From the NCBI GenBank assembly GCA_963727485.1, contig CAVSGM010000001.1, forward strand, positions 288,001 through 352,000: a stretch of 64,000 bases of DNA, written 5' to 3'. This document shows, one piece after another, positions 10,050 to 25,700 of this stretch. The translations under genes were made by a program, and so were the position numbers. The DNA comes from an uncultured delta proteobacterium (lineage in GTDB: Bacteria; Myxococcota; Myxococcia; SLRQ01). How positions within the stretch are numbered: position 1 is the stretch's first letter; each line of letters opens with the position of its first letter. Under the pieces are notes generated by a model that saw only the letters and a program-made list of their open reading frames with translations, had not been told where the DNA came from and did no database searches.

Positions 10050-10457
10050 TCAGAGGGCGGCGAGGGCGGCGCGAATCGCCTCGGGGACCGGCACCGCCTT
10101 CATGGTGCGGTAGTCGACGATCACCACCGTCCCCTCGGCGACGGCCAGCGGCGTGTCCTCGTCCTCGGCCCGGGCCACCGCGTACTCGGTGACCACGCTC
10201 GACCGGCCGAGCTTCGCCACCCGCACCCCCACCACCAGGTCCGCCGGGTACACCACCGGCCGGCGGTAGGTGCAGGAGGTGGAGGCGAGGACCGGGCCCA
10301 CGGGGTCGCCGGGGCGGGCGGCGAGCGCCAGGCGCTCGAAGAGCGCGATGCGCGCCGACTCGAACCAGGTGAAGTACCGGGCGTTGTTGGCGTGGCCCAG
10401 GGCGTCCATCTCGCCCCAGTGCATGGGAAACCGGATGGTGATCGGGTAGCCGTCCAT
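10050..10457 (-). CDS. Acyl-CoA thioesterase (4HBT/YbgC hot-dog fold)
   Basis: WGEMDALGHANNARYFTWFESAR motif; 135 aa. Confidence 0.9.
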   Translation of the reverse strand: MDGYPITIRFPMHWGEMDALGHANNARYFTWFESARIALFERLALAARPGDPVGPVLASTSCTYRRPVVYPADLVVGVRVAKLGRSSVVTEYAVARAEDEDTPLAVAEGTVVIVDYRTMKAVPVPEAIRAALAAL

Positions 10458-10558
10458 GGCGCCCGAGGGTATCGCCGGGACCCTTCGGGCGCCACGGTAG
10501 GGGCCCCCGCGGCGCCCGCGGACCCCGGCGGTGCTATCGTTCCCCCCTGGAGCCCGCC

Positions 10559-12328
10559 ATGACCCGACGCCTGTCCCTCCTCGTCCCCCTCGTCGTCCTC
10601 CTCGCCGCCTGCGGATCGCCCACGGGGCACGGGGGCGCTGACGGCGGCGCGGGCGACGGCGGCGGCGCGGCGGTCACCCTGAAGCTCGCCCCCGCCGACG
10701 CGACCCTCTCCACCGTCGACGGCCAGGTGCCGTCCCAGGCCTACACCCTCACCGCCGTCCACCCCGACGGCACCACCGAGGACGTCACCGCGGACGCGGC
10801 CTTCGGCCTCGCCGACGGGAGCCTCGGCTCGTTCGTGAAGGCGACCCTCACCGCCACCGGCACCGCCGCCGGGACCACCTCCGTGGAGGCCACGTGGCAG
10901 GGTCACCAGGCCACCGCCACGGTCCACTTCGCGGTGGTCCGCCACGACCTCGGCTCCGGGGTCGACCCCTCAATCCCCGGCGCCATCTCTGGCGCCACCG
11001 CCGACCCCGCCGACGCCCCGACGGTGGTCTACCCCTCGCCGAAGACCCTCTTCCCCACCAACCTCTCGGCCTTCGAGGTCCACTGGACGGGCCCGGCGGC
11101 GGTGAAGGACTACGCGGTGAACCTCAAGGGCCCCGGCGTCGACCTCACCCGCTACGTCACCGCCGACCCCAGCGGGAAGAACTACGCGAGCTTCGACGCC
11201 GGCACCTGGGCCCTCGTCGGCACCGCCGCCGCCGGGGCCACCGTCACCGTCACCGTCACCGGTCTCGATCCCGTCGCCGGCACCACCGGCGAGGACCACC
11301 TGGACGTCGCCGTGGCCCGGACCCGCCTCGACGGCGGCGTCTACTACTGGGCGGCGAAGAGCGCCGACGGGAGCCCCGAGGGCATCTGGCGCCACGACCA
11401 GGACCAGCCCGGGTCCGCGGCCGCGCCCTACTTCACCACCAACGACCTCGGGGGCACCGGCCACACCTGCGTCGCCTGCCACGTCCTCTCCCCCGACGGC
11501 ACCAAGATGGCGGTCACCTTCGACGGGGGCAACGGCCCCAGCACCCTGGTCGACGTGGCGACCAAGACCGCGATCATCGACGCCACCAACCACTTCCACT
11601 GGAACTTCGCCGCCTTCACCCCCGACGGCGCCAAGCTCCTCGGGTCGTTCAACGGTGCGCTCACCCTCTACGACGCCAGCAACGGCGGCACCCTGGGGAC
11701 GGTGACCACACCGGGCTACGGGACCCAGCCCCAGTTCTCCCCGAACGGCGACGCGGTGGTCTACGTCTCCCCCACCTCGCCCACCTCCGACTGGAAGTTC
11801 ACCGGCGGGCGGATCGTCCTCCAGCCCTACGACGCCGCCGCCGGCACCTTCGGCACCGCGAAGATCATCCACCAGCACGCCGGGTTCAACGACTACTACC
11901 CGGCGTTCTCCCCGGACGGGACCTGGCTGCTCTTCGACGAGTCCACCGAGGACGCCTACGACGACGCCTCGGCGCAGCTCTACGCCCTCCCCGCCGACGG
12001 CAGCGGCCCCGCCATCCGCCTCGACCAGGCCAACGTGAAGGGCGGGCTCACCAACTCCTGGCCGAGGTGGGCACCCTTCGCGGCGACCGCCACCGGGCCC
12101 GACGGCAGGGCCGAGCGCTTCTACTGGTTCACCTTCTCGTCCAAGCGGGCCTTCGGGGTGCGCATGGCCGCGGGCCGGCCCCAGATCTGGGTGGCGCCGT
12201 TCTTCCCCGACCGGGCCGCCGCGGGCCAGCCGCCGACCCTGCCGGCCTTCCGCCTCCCGGACCAGAGCCTCCAGTCGAACAACCACATCGCCCAGTGGAC
12301 CCAGCGGGTGGTGCTCCCGATCCACTAG
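10559..12328 (+). CDS. Lipoprotein with TolB-like (PD40) beta-propeller and a CxxCH motif
   Basis: Lipobox LLAAC; repeats LSPDG, FTPDG, FSPNG, PAFSPDG, NSWPRWAP; HTCVACHV. Confidence 0.8.
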   Translation: MTRRLSLLVPLVVLLAACGSPTGHGGADGGAGDGGGAAVTLKLAPADATLSTVDGQVPSQAYTLTAVHPDGTTEDVTADAAFGLADGSLGSFVKATLTATGTAAGTTSVEATWQGHQATATVHFAVVRHDLGSGVDPSIPGAISGATADPADAPTVVYPSPKTLFPTNLSAFEVHWTGPAAVKDYAVNLKGPGVDLTRYVTADPSGKNYASFDAGTWALVGTAAAGATVTVTVTGLDPVAGTTGEDHLDVAVARTRLDGGVYYWAAKSADGSPEGIWRHDQDQPGSAAAPYFTTNDLGGTGHTCVACHVLSPDGTKMAVTFDGGNGPSTLVDVATKTAIIDATNHFHWNFAAFTPDGAKLLGSFNGALTLYDASNGGTLGTVTTPGYGTQPQFSPNGDAVVYVSPTSPTSDWKFTGGRIVLQPYDAAAGTFGTAKIIHQHAGFNDYYPAFSPDGTWLLFDESTEDAYDDASAQLYALPADGSGPAIRLDQANVKGGLTNSWPRWAPFAATATGPDGRAERFYWFTFSSKRAFGVRMAAGRPQIWVAPFFPDRAAAGQPPTLPAFRLPDQSLQSNNHIAQWTQRVVLPIH

Positions 12329-12357
12329 CGTGCCGGGCGTGTGCCCGGCGGGTGCCT

Positions 12358-12804
12358 TCAGTCGCCGACGTCGTCGACGGCGAGGCGGTGGGCGCGGTCG
12401 GGGGTGAGGTCGCCGTCGGCGAGGAGCTCGGGGAGCCGGGCGAGGATGCGCCGGGGGAGCACCCGCTCGATCTTGGAGATGACCCGGGTGATGGCCTCGT
12501 CCCAGGTGTCCTCGCCCTCGCGCTGGAAGCACAGCCGCGCCATGTAGAGGGCCGCGACCTCCTCCACCGAGAACGCCGGCCCCAGGCGAAGGCTCCGCGG
12601 CTCGAGGAGGCGCCAGCAGACCTGCCGCCCCTCCCGGTCCTGGACCAGGGGGATGCCGACCCGCTCGAGGATCTCCAGGTCCCGGTACACGGTGCGCACC
12701 GAGACGGTGAGCTCCCGGGCGAGGTCCCTCGCCGGGGCCCCGCCGCTCCGGCCCGCGAGGGCCTGGAGGAGCTGCCACTGTCTTGCAATCTGATCGCCGC
12801 GCAT
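12358..12804 (-). CDS. Winged-HTH (HTH_11) regulator resembling the N-terminal half of YafY/WYL factors; no WYL domain
   Basis: MRGDQIARQWQLL...DLARELTVSVRTVYRDLEILERVGIPL...FSVEEVAAL; stops after 148 aa. Confidence 0.8.
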   Translation of the reverse strand: MRGDQIARQWQLLQALAGRSGGAPARDLARELTVSVRTVYRDLEILERVGIPLVQDREGRQVCWRLLEPRSLRLGPAFSVEEVAALYMARLCFQREGEDTWDEAITRVISKIERVLPRRILARLPELLADGDLTPDRAHRLAVDDVGD

Positions 12805-12896
12805 CGGTGTTCGAGCCCGTAGATGTCCCGAGAGAGTCTGCATGAGACCCGTGTCAGATCGGGACAAATCGGGGAGTTGCGCGATCGGTGTCCGCA

Positions 12897-12940
12897 GGCG
12901 AACACGAAGGACGTTCGCCAGCGAACACAAAACCGGTTCG
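12897..12940. promoter_or_regulatory. Tandem palindromic operator-like boxes CGAAC-N9-GTTCG
   Basis: GGCGAAC-acgaaggac-GTTCGCC (12897-12919) and CGAAC-acaaaaccg-GTTCG (12922-12940), about 95-135 nt upstream of the HTH gene. Confidence 0.55.
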
Positions 12941-12951
12941 TCTGCGGGAGA

Positions 12952-14009
12952 TCAGGGGGGGCGGGCTTCGGGGCGCGCGGCGTGGGGGCGGCTCCGGCGG
13001 TCCCGGTGATCGCCGCGCCGTGGGGGCGCTCGTCGAGGGTCAGGGGCGTGACCGCGTAGCGCTGGCCGTCGGTGCGCACCCGCACCGGCCCCCCGACCAC
13101 CGTCACCGCCTCCGGGAGGTGCAGGGGCGGGCAGCCGCGGCCCGGGCGGGGCCGGCCGGTGAGGAGCACCCGGGCGCCGCTGCGCACCAGCCGCTCGAGG
13201 ACCGCCTCGCCGGGCCCGCAGCGCCCGGGGCCGGTGGAGACGATGGCCACCGCCGGGGACACCGCCCGGAGAAACGCCGCGGAGGTCGAGGTGTCGGCGC
13301 CCCCGGCGGAGACCCGGAGGACGTCGACGTGGCCCACCGCCGACCCCAGGGGGGTCTCCACGTCCGCGGTCCCCTCGCCGCCCCCGGGGAGCGCGCCGGC
13401 GGTGAGGTAGCGGAAGGCGCCGTCGGTGAGGAGCAGCGCCAGCGACCGCCCGGCGGCGTCGTGGACCTTCACCCGGGCGCCGCCTACCACCGCACCGTTC
13501 ACCGCCATCACCCGGGCGACCACGCCGTCCCCGAGGTCGATGCGGTCGCCGGGGCGGGCGGTGGTGTGGTGGCCGGCGGCGAGGGTGCCGTAGCCCAGGC
13601 ACTCGAGGCTGGTGCAGGTGAAGTCACGGCCGTAGTCGAGGAGGACGCCCCTTGGGACCGTGTCGTCGGCGGTCCCCGGCTGGCCGTCGCGACCGGCGAG
13701 GAGCATCACCAGCCCGCCCACGGTGGAGGTGGCGAGGTGGCTGACCACCACGTGGTCCGGGGGCAGGGCGTGGTGGCGGCGCAGGGTGGTGAAGAGGACC
13801 GCGGTCGAGGGGCCCGGGGGGCCGCCGTCGATGAGGAGGCTGTCCCCGCGCGGGGCGTCGACCAGGGTGGCCTCGCCGGCGCCCACGTCGAGGACGGTGA
13901 TCTCCAGGACCTGCTTGCCGGCGAGGGCCGGGGCGGTGGGGACCGGGGCGGCGGTGCGGCAGCCGGAGGCGGCGAGGACCAGGACGACGGCGGCGGCGCG
14001 GAGGCGCAT
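12952..14009 (-). CDS. ComEC/Rec2-like metallo-beta-lactamase-fold lipoprotein with degenerate metal site
   Basis: Lipobox AASGC; LDVGAGEATL, LLIDGG, VVSHLATSTVGGL, LTAGAL, LRVSAGGADTSTS, AVSPAVAIVSTG. One extra base in the G7 run at 12955-12961 would stop the gene at 12952. Confidence 0.75.
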
Positions 14010-14036
14010 GGGGACGACGGGGGCCCGGGGGCGGCG

Positions 14037-15083
14037 CTAGCGGCGCAGGAAGATCAGCCCGGCGACGAGGAGGGCCAGGGCCCCGGCGGCGCCGAGGACC
14101 AGGGCCAGGAGCCGGCCGTGCCTGGCTTCGGCGACCTGCGGCGGTGGCGTCGCGGCGGGCGCGGTGGGGGGCGGCGCGGCCGGGGCCCTGGGGGCGGCGG
14201 CCTTCGCCGGGGCGGCCGGGGGCGCGGCGGTGTCGGCCCGGGCGGCGGGGGCGGGCGGCGCCGGGGCGGCGGGGGCGGCGGCCTTCGCCGGCGGGGACGC
14301 CGAGGGCGCGAAGGCCGCCCGGGAGGCGTGGAGCCGGGGCCGGGGATGGCGGCGCGGGATCCGGTGCCGGGGGTGGGGCCGGGGGGGCGCCGCCCGGGCC
14401 ACCACCCGGGCCGGGTGCCCGGCGTCGGCCTTGGCGTCGGCCTCGGCGAGGGCCACCGTCCCCCCGTCGGCCGCTCCGGCGGCCACCTTCCTGGCGCCGG
14501 CATCGGCGGTGCCCCCGTCGGGGGCGAAGGCGAGCAGCCGCGCCTTGGGTGGCGGCGGGAGGTCGGTGCTGTCGACCCGGGCCAGCATCGTCGGGGTCGC
14601 GCGCATCGCCAGGCGGTAGTGGTGCTGCGGGTCCTCGACCTTCGGCCGGGCGGCGAGGCGGGTGCGCACGTCGACGGCGAGGCCCTTCTGGGCGGTGAGG
14701 CGCAGGCCCCCGGCGAGGGTGATCTCGAAGTGGCGCCCGTAGGACGCCTGGCGATCCCAGGTGACCTCGAGGCTCACCTGGTGGGGCCCCGGCGCGACCG
14801 TCCCCGACCACAGCCGCACCGAGGTGATCCCGGGCCCCGCGGCGGCGCCGCCGAGGTGGACCACCTTCCCGTCGAGCCTGGCGGTGACCGTGTCGAGGAC
14901 CATCCCCTCGGGGCCCGCGGGCTCGATGGTGAGGCTAAGCCGGGGCGCCGGGATCTTCACCAGGGCGTGGAGCTCCTGGTCCAGCTCCTGGCGGGCCCGG
15001 GCCTCGTCGCTCCCGGCGGCGTGGGAGGCCGCCGGGGCCAGGATCACCAGGCAGGCGAGGATGATGCGGATGCGCACGAACAT
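14037..15083 (-). CDS. Exported protein with Pro/Ala-rich stalk and C-terminal membrane anchor
   Basis: Signal peptide (AASHA-A), about 170-aa globular region, PA-rich linker, terminal TM followed by RR. Confidence 0.65.
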   Translation of the reverse strand: MFVRIRIILACLVILAPAASHAAGSDEARARQELDQELHALVKIPAPRLSLTIEPAGPEGMVLDTVTARLDGKVVHLGGAAAGPGITSVRLWSGTVAPGPHQVSLEVTWDRQASYGRHFEITLAGGLRLTAQKGLAVDVRTRLAARPKVEDPQHHYRLAMRATPTMLARVDSTDLPPPPKARLLAFAPDGGTADAGARKVAAGAADGGTVALAEADAKADAGHPARVVARAAPPRPHPRHRIPRRHPRPRLHASRAAFAPSASPPAKAAAPAAPAPPAPAARADTAAPPAAPAKAAAPRAPAAPPPTAPAATPPPQVAEARHGRLLALVLGAAGALALLVAGLIFLRR

Positions 15084-15212
15084 GGACCTTCCCCCGGCCG
15101 GCATCCTACCATCCCCCCTGCCGCCGGGGGAGGGCACCCGGTCCCGCGCTTGCATTCCGTGGTATCGGTGTAAACTTCCGGGTCGGATTCCTGTGTCCGG
15201 GGGAAAAGAAGC

Positions 15213-15671
15213 ATGTCGCGCGTCCGATTCACCGTCGAGCTGGTCAAGCGTGGCCAGACCCTGTGCTTCGAGCTGCCAGAGGTGGCCAGCGCCAAGCTCG
15301 TGCACCGGGGACGGGTGCCGATCAGCGGGAGCCTCAACAGCTTCCCGGTCCACACCTCGATCTTCCCCGACGACGACGGTGGCCACTTCATGACCGTGAG
15401 CCCGGACATCCAGCGGATGGCCGGGGTGAAGGCCGGGGACCACGTGAAGGTCATCCTCGACCTCTCCAGCCAGCCGCGCACCGTCGAGGTGCCCGGCGAC
15501 CTGGCCCGGGCCCTGGAGCGGGTCGCCGAGGCCCAGGAGGCCTTCGAGCGCCTCGCCTACTCCCACCAGCGGGAGTACGTGGAGTGGATCGAGGAGGCCA
15601 AGCGCCCGGAGACCCGGGCCCGGCGGATCGAGAAGACCGTCGAGCGCCTCCGCGAGACCCCGGCGCCCTGA
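15213..15671 (+). CDS. DUF1905 + YdeI/OmpD-associated (OmdA) family protein
   Basis: GRVPISGSLN, GVKAGDHVKV, VEVPGDLARAL, FERLAYSHQREYVEWIEEAKRPETRARRIEK. Confidence 0.9.
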   Translation: MSRVRFTVELVKRGQTLCFELPEVASAKLVHRGRVPISGSLNSFPVHTSIFPDDDGGHFMTVSPDIQRMAGVKAGDHVKVILDLSSQPRTVEVPGDLARALERVAEAQEAFERLAYSHQREYVEWIEEAKRPETRARRIEKTVERLRETPAP

Positions 15672-15699
15672 TCCGGCCACCGCGCGAGGCGCGGGGTAT

Positions 15700-15728
15700 T
15701 TGACCCGTCCCCGGTCGTGGCCTAGCTT
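15700..15728 (+). promoter_or_regulatory. Sigma70-like promoter for the glgE operon
   Basis: TTGACC-N17-TAGCTT, 32 nt before the ATG with AGGAG RBS. Confidence 0.5.
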
Positions 15729-15760
15729 CGCCAACGTTTCCCAGGCGAACCCAGGAGACG

Positions 15761-17884
15761 ATGGCGACGAAGGGCAAGGGCGGCGGCCGGAGGCCCCGGG
15801 CGAAGCAGGGCGACGAGCCCGCCGAGCCCCCCCGGACGCAGGCGGAAGGGCGGGCACGACCCGGGCCGAGCTCCGTCGTCCCCGCGCTCCCCGCCGGAGA
15901 CGGAGGCCGGCGCCGGGTGGTCATCGAGGCGGTCTCCCCGGAGATCGACGGCGGGCGCCACGCCGCCAAGGCGGTCCTCGGAGACGCGGTGCCGGTGGGC
16001 GCCGACGTCTACGCCGACGGCCACGATCTCCTCCGGGTGGTCTGCCGCTATCGCCGGGACGGTGACCGCGCCTGGCGCGAGGTCGCCCTGGCGCCCGAGG
16101 GGAACGACCGCTGGTCCGGGCGCTTCCCGGTCACCGGGCTCGGCCCCTGGCGCTTCACCGTGGTCGCCTGGATCGATCGCTTCGGGACCTGGCGCCGGGA
16201 CCTCGCCCGCAGACAGGCCGCGTCGGTGGTCACCGCCGCCGACCTCGCCCTCGGCGCCAACCTGGTCGACGCCGCCGCCGCCCGGGCCGAAGGCGACGAC
16301 GCCCGGGACCTCGCCCGGGTCGCCCGCCGGCTCCGGGGCCGGGGGCGCCTCGAGGCCCGGGTCGCCACCGCCCTCGAGGAGGGCCTCGCCGAGCGCGTCG
16401 CCCGTCACGCCGAGCGCACCTACGAGGTGACCTACGCCCAGGAGCTGCCGGTGTGGGTCGACCCGGTGCGGGCGCGCTTCTCCGCCTGGTACGAGCTCTT
16501 CCCCCGCTCGGCCTCCCCGGATCCCTCGCGCCCGGGCACCCTGAAGGACGTGGAGGCGCGGCTCCCCTACGTGGCCCGCCTCGGCTTCGACACCCTCTAC
16601 CTGCCGCCCATCCACCCCATCGGGCGGGCCAAGCGCAAGGGCCCCAACAACCGCACCGAGGCCGAGCCCGGCGATCCCGGGAGCCCCTGGGCCATCGGCA
16701 GCGCCGAGGGCGGGCACCTTTCGGTCAACCCCGAGCTGGGCACCCTCGACGACCTGCGGCGCCTGGTGGCCCGGGCCCGGGATCACTTCGGCCTCGAGGT
16801 GGCCCTCGACATCGCCTTCCAGTGCGCCCCCGACCACCCCTGGGTGAAGGCCCACCCGAGCTGGTTCGCCCACCGCCCCGACGGCACCCTCCAGTACGCC
16901 GAGAACCCGCCGAAGAAGTACGAGGACATCGTCCCCTTCGACTTCGAGAGCGCCGACTGGCAGGCCCTGTGGCAGGCGCTCCTCGGGGTCTTCGAGCACT
17001 GGATCGCCGCGGGGGTGAAGACCTTCCGCGTCGACAACCCCCACACCAAGAGCCTGCGCTTCTGGGCCTGGTGTCTGGAGGCGGTCAAGCGCCGGCACCC
17101 CGAGGTGGTCTTCCTCTCCGAGGCCTTCACCCGGCCGCGGGTGATGTACGGGCTGGCCAAGGTCGGCTTCACCCAGAGCTACACCTACTTCGCCTGGAAG
17201 AACGCCAAGTGGGAGCTCGAGCAGTGGTGGAACGAGACCCTGCGTCCGGAGATCCAGGCGATCTACCGGCCCAACCTCTGGCCCAACACCCCCGACATCC
17301 TCAACGCCTACCTCCAGGACGGCGGGGTGGGGGCGTTCCGGGTGCGCCTGGTCCTCGCGGCGACGCTGGGGGCGAGCTACGGGATCTACGGCCCCCCCTT
17401 CGAGCTGATGGCGCACACCCCGAGGGCGCCCGGGAGCGAGGAGTACCTCGACTCGGAGAAGTACCAGGTGCGCCACTGGGACCTCGACCGGCCGGAGAGC
17501 CTGGCGCCGCTGATCACCCGCATCAACCGCATCCGCCGGGAGAACCCGGCGCTCCACGGCTACACCGGCTTCGCCTTCCATCCGGTGGACAACGACCAGC
17601 TGATCTGCTTCTCCAAGCACACCGAGGATCTGTCGAACGTCATCGTGGTGGTGGCGAACCTCGACCCCCACCACCGCCAGAGCGGCTGGGTGACCCTGCC
17701 CCTCGAAGCGCTGGGGATCGCAGGCGACCGGCCCTACCAGGTCCACGACCTCATCGGCGACGCCCGCTACCTCTGGTCCGGCGCCACCAACTACGTGGCG
17801 CTCGACCCGGCGGTGATGCCCGCTCACGTGTTCCAGGTGCGCCGTCACCTGCGCACCGAGCGCGACTTCGACTACTACCTCTAG
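15761..17884 (+). CDS. glgE: Alpha-1,4-glucan:maltose-1-phosphate maltosyltransferase
   Basis: [68 protein letters not shown]. Confidence 0.96.
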   Translation: MATKGKGGGRRPRAKQGDEPAEPPRTQAEGRARPGPSSVVPALPAGDGGRRRVVIEAVSPEIDGGRHAAKAVLGDAVPVGADVYADGHDLLRVVCRYRRDGDRAWREVALAPEGNDRWSGRFPVTGLGPWRFTVVAWIDRFGTWRRDLARRQAASVVTAADLALGANLVDAAAARAEGDDARDLARVARRLRGRGRLEARVATALEEGLAERVARHAERTYEVTYAQELPVWVDPVRARFSAWYELFPRSASPDPSRPGTLKDVEARLPYVARLGFDTLYLPPIHPIGRAKRKGPNNRTEAEPGDPGSPWAIGSAEGGHLSVNPELGTLDDLRRLVARARDHFGLEVALDIAFQCAPDHPWVKAHPSWFAHRPDGTLQYAENPPKKYEDIVPFDFESADWQALWQALLGVFEHWIAAGVKTFRVDNPHTKSLRFWAWCLEAVKRRHPEVVFLSEAFTRPRVMYGLAKVGFTQSYTYFAWKNAKWELEQWWNETLRPEIQAIYRPNLWPNTPDILNAYLQDGGVGAFRVRLVLAATLGASYGIYGPPFELMAHTPRAPGSEEYLDSEKYQVRHWDLDRPESLAPLITRINRIRRENPALHGYTGFAFHPVDNDQLICFSKHTEDLSNVIVVVANLDPHHRQSGWVTLPLEALGIAGDRPYQVHDLIGDARYLWSGATNYVALDPAVMPAHVFQVRRHLRTERDFDYYL

Positions 17885-17891
17885 GACGGCC

Positions 17892-21254
<3,363 letters not shown>

Positions 21255-21255
21255 G

Positions 21256-23351
21256 ATGGACGCTCACGTGTCGGAGGCGCTCCAGGCCCTGGCCACCGCC
21301 TCCGGGGTGCAGCTCTCCTATACCGACCTCTCGGGGCAGCGGCAGGAGGCCTCCGACGAGGCGCTGCTGGCGGTGCTCGAGGTCCTGGGCGTGGGCCTGG
21401 CCCGCCCCGAGGACGCCGCCGAGCGCCTCGCCGCCGTCCACGCCGACCGGGCCCGGGCCCTGCTCCCGGCGGTGACCGTGGCCTGGGAGGGCCAGCCGGC
21501 GGCGCTCCACCTGCGCCTCCCGCCGGGGTCGGCGCGGCGGGTCGAGGGGGTGGTCGAGCTCGAGGACGGGACCCCCGTGGAGCTGGCCGCCGACCTCGAG
21601 CCGGTGGACGCGCCCGCCGCGGACGGGAGCCTCCGCCACCGCCTGCCGCTCCCGGCGGACCTGCCGGTGGGCTACCACCGGGTGCGCCTCTCGGCGGCCG
21701 GGCGCCTCGGCGAGGGGCACCTGCTGGTGGCGCCGTCGCAGGCCTTCTCCCCGGACGACGCCGGCCGGGACTCCGGGGTGGTCATGCCCCTCTACGCCCT
21801 CCGGGGCCGGGCCGCCGCGGGCCTCGCCGACCTCTCGGACCTCGAGGCGCTGGTGGACCTCGCTGCCCGGCACGGGGCGAAGGCGGTGGGCACCCTGCCG
21901 CTGCTCGCCTCGTTCCTCGACACGCCCTTCGAGCCCAGCCCCTACGCCCCGGCGAGCCGGCTCTTCTTCAACGAGCTCTACCTCGACCTCGAGGCCGTCC
22001 CCGAGCTCGCCGCCGCCAGCGAGGCCCGGGCGGTGCTGGGGTCCGGCGCCTGGCGCGCCCGGGCAAAGGCGGTAAGGGACGCCGACCTGGTGGACTACCG
22101 GGAGGCCGGGGCGCTGGTGCACGCGGTCCTCCAGCCCCTGGCCGACGCCGCCTTCGCCGGCACCGGTGCCCGGCGCGACGCCCTCGACGCCTTCATCCGC
22201 GCCCACCCCGAGGCCGAGGACTACGCCCGGTTCCGCGGGGCGCTGGCCGCCCGGGGCGAGGCCTTCTGGACCTGGCCGGCGGCGATGCGCGACGGCGAGA
22301 TCCAGACCGACGCCGTGGACCAGGCCGCCTGGCGCCGGCACCTCTACGCCCAGTTCGCCCTCGCCGAGCAGCTCGAGGGCCTCGCGGGCCGGGCCCGGGA
22401 CGCGGGGACCGAGCTCTACCTCGACCTCCCGGTGGGGGTGCACCCGGACGGCTACGACGTGTGGCGCGAGCGCGACGCCTTCGCCCTGGGCCTCTCCGCC
22501 GGCGCCCCCCCGGACCCGTTCTTCACCGGGGGCCAGGACTGGGGCTTCCCGCCGCTGCACCCGGCCCGGAGCCGGGAGACCGGCCACCACTACTTCGCCG
22601 CCTGCGTCCGCGCCCACATGCGCTACGCCGGCCGCCTGCGCATCGACCACGTGATGGGCCTCCACCGGCTCTTCTGGGTTCCCCGGGGCCTCGGGCCCCG
22701 GGAGGGCGTCTACGTGCGCTACCCCGCCGAGGAGCTGTGGGCGGTGGTGTGCATCGAGTCGCAGCGCCACCGGACCCGGGTGGTGGGCGAGAACCTGGGG
22801 ACCGTCCCCGAGGCGGTGAACGAGGCCATGGGCCGCCACCGCATCGGCGGGATGTACGTGGCCCAGTTCGCCGTGGGGACCGACGCCGGCCAGGCGGTGC
22901 AGCCGCCGCCCGCCGGGAGCACCGCCAGCTTCGACACCCACGACACCCCGACCTTCGCCGGGTGGTGGCACGGCGACGACATCGGGCAGCGGGTGGACCT
23001 GGGCTTCCTCGACCCGGGCGCCGCCGAGCACGAGCGGGGGCTGCGCGGGGCCCAGGTCGACGCCCTCAAGCGGTGGCTCGCGGGGATGGGCCTCGCCGCC
23101 GACGACGCCGAAGAGGCCGCCTGCCACCAGGCGCTGGTCACCTGGCTCGGGAGCACGGGCGCCGGCACCGTCCTGGTGAACCTCGAGGACGTGTGGGCCG
23201 AGCGCCACCCCCAGAACGTTCCGGGCACCCACCGCGAGGTGCCCAACTGGAGACACAAGGCGCGCCACCCCCTCGCCGAGATCGAGGAGATGGACGCGGT
23301 GAAGGACCTCCTCGAGGCCCTGGCCCGCGCGCGCCACACCGGGAGCCCGTG

Positions 23352-23352
<1 letters not shown>
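21256..23352 (+). CDS. malQ: 4-alpha-glucanotransferase (GH77)
   Basis: SPYAPASR, YLDLPVG, GAPPDPF..GQDWG, RIDHVMG, GENLG, THDTPT, NVPGT..PNW. Confidence 0.93.
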
Positions 23353-25546
<2,194 letters not shown>

Positions 25547-25700
25547 TCCAAATTCCGCAGCGGCGGCGGACCGTTTCGTCCAACTAGGGTGGATCCTCCC
25601 CTTTGCCCCACCTTCCCCCATGTCTAACTGAGAGGGGTAACGGGGGAGGCGGAGATGGCGCTGGCCACGTCGGCCAGGCGTCTCCGGCTGGGAAGGATCC

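Noticed and set aside
12129..12951. C-terminal extension of the ComEC-like ORF across the HTH gene
   Set aside because: Low-complexity off-frame sequence overlapping a real gene; a one-base change in the G7 run ends the protein at 12952.
15139..15154. CGGTCCCGCGCTTGCA as a sigma54 promoter for the YdeI-family gene
   Set aside because: GG-N10-GC spacing fits but the -24 element is poor; insufficient support.
25547..25700. Pyrimidine-rich then purine-rich leader as a riboswitch or ncRNA
   Set aside because: Only loose C-run/G-run pairing and no recognisable aptamer consensus; an Rfam search would be needed.
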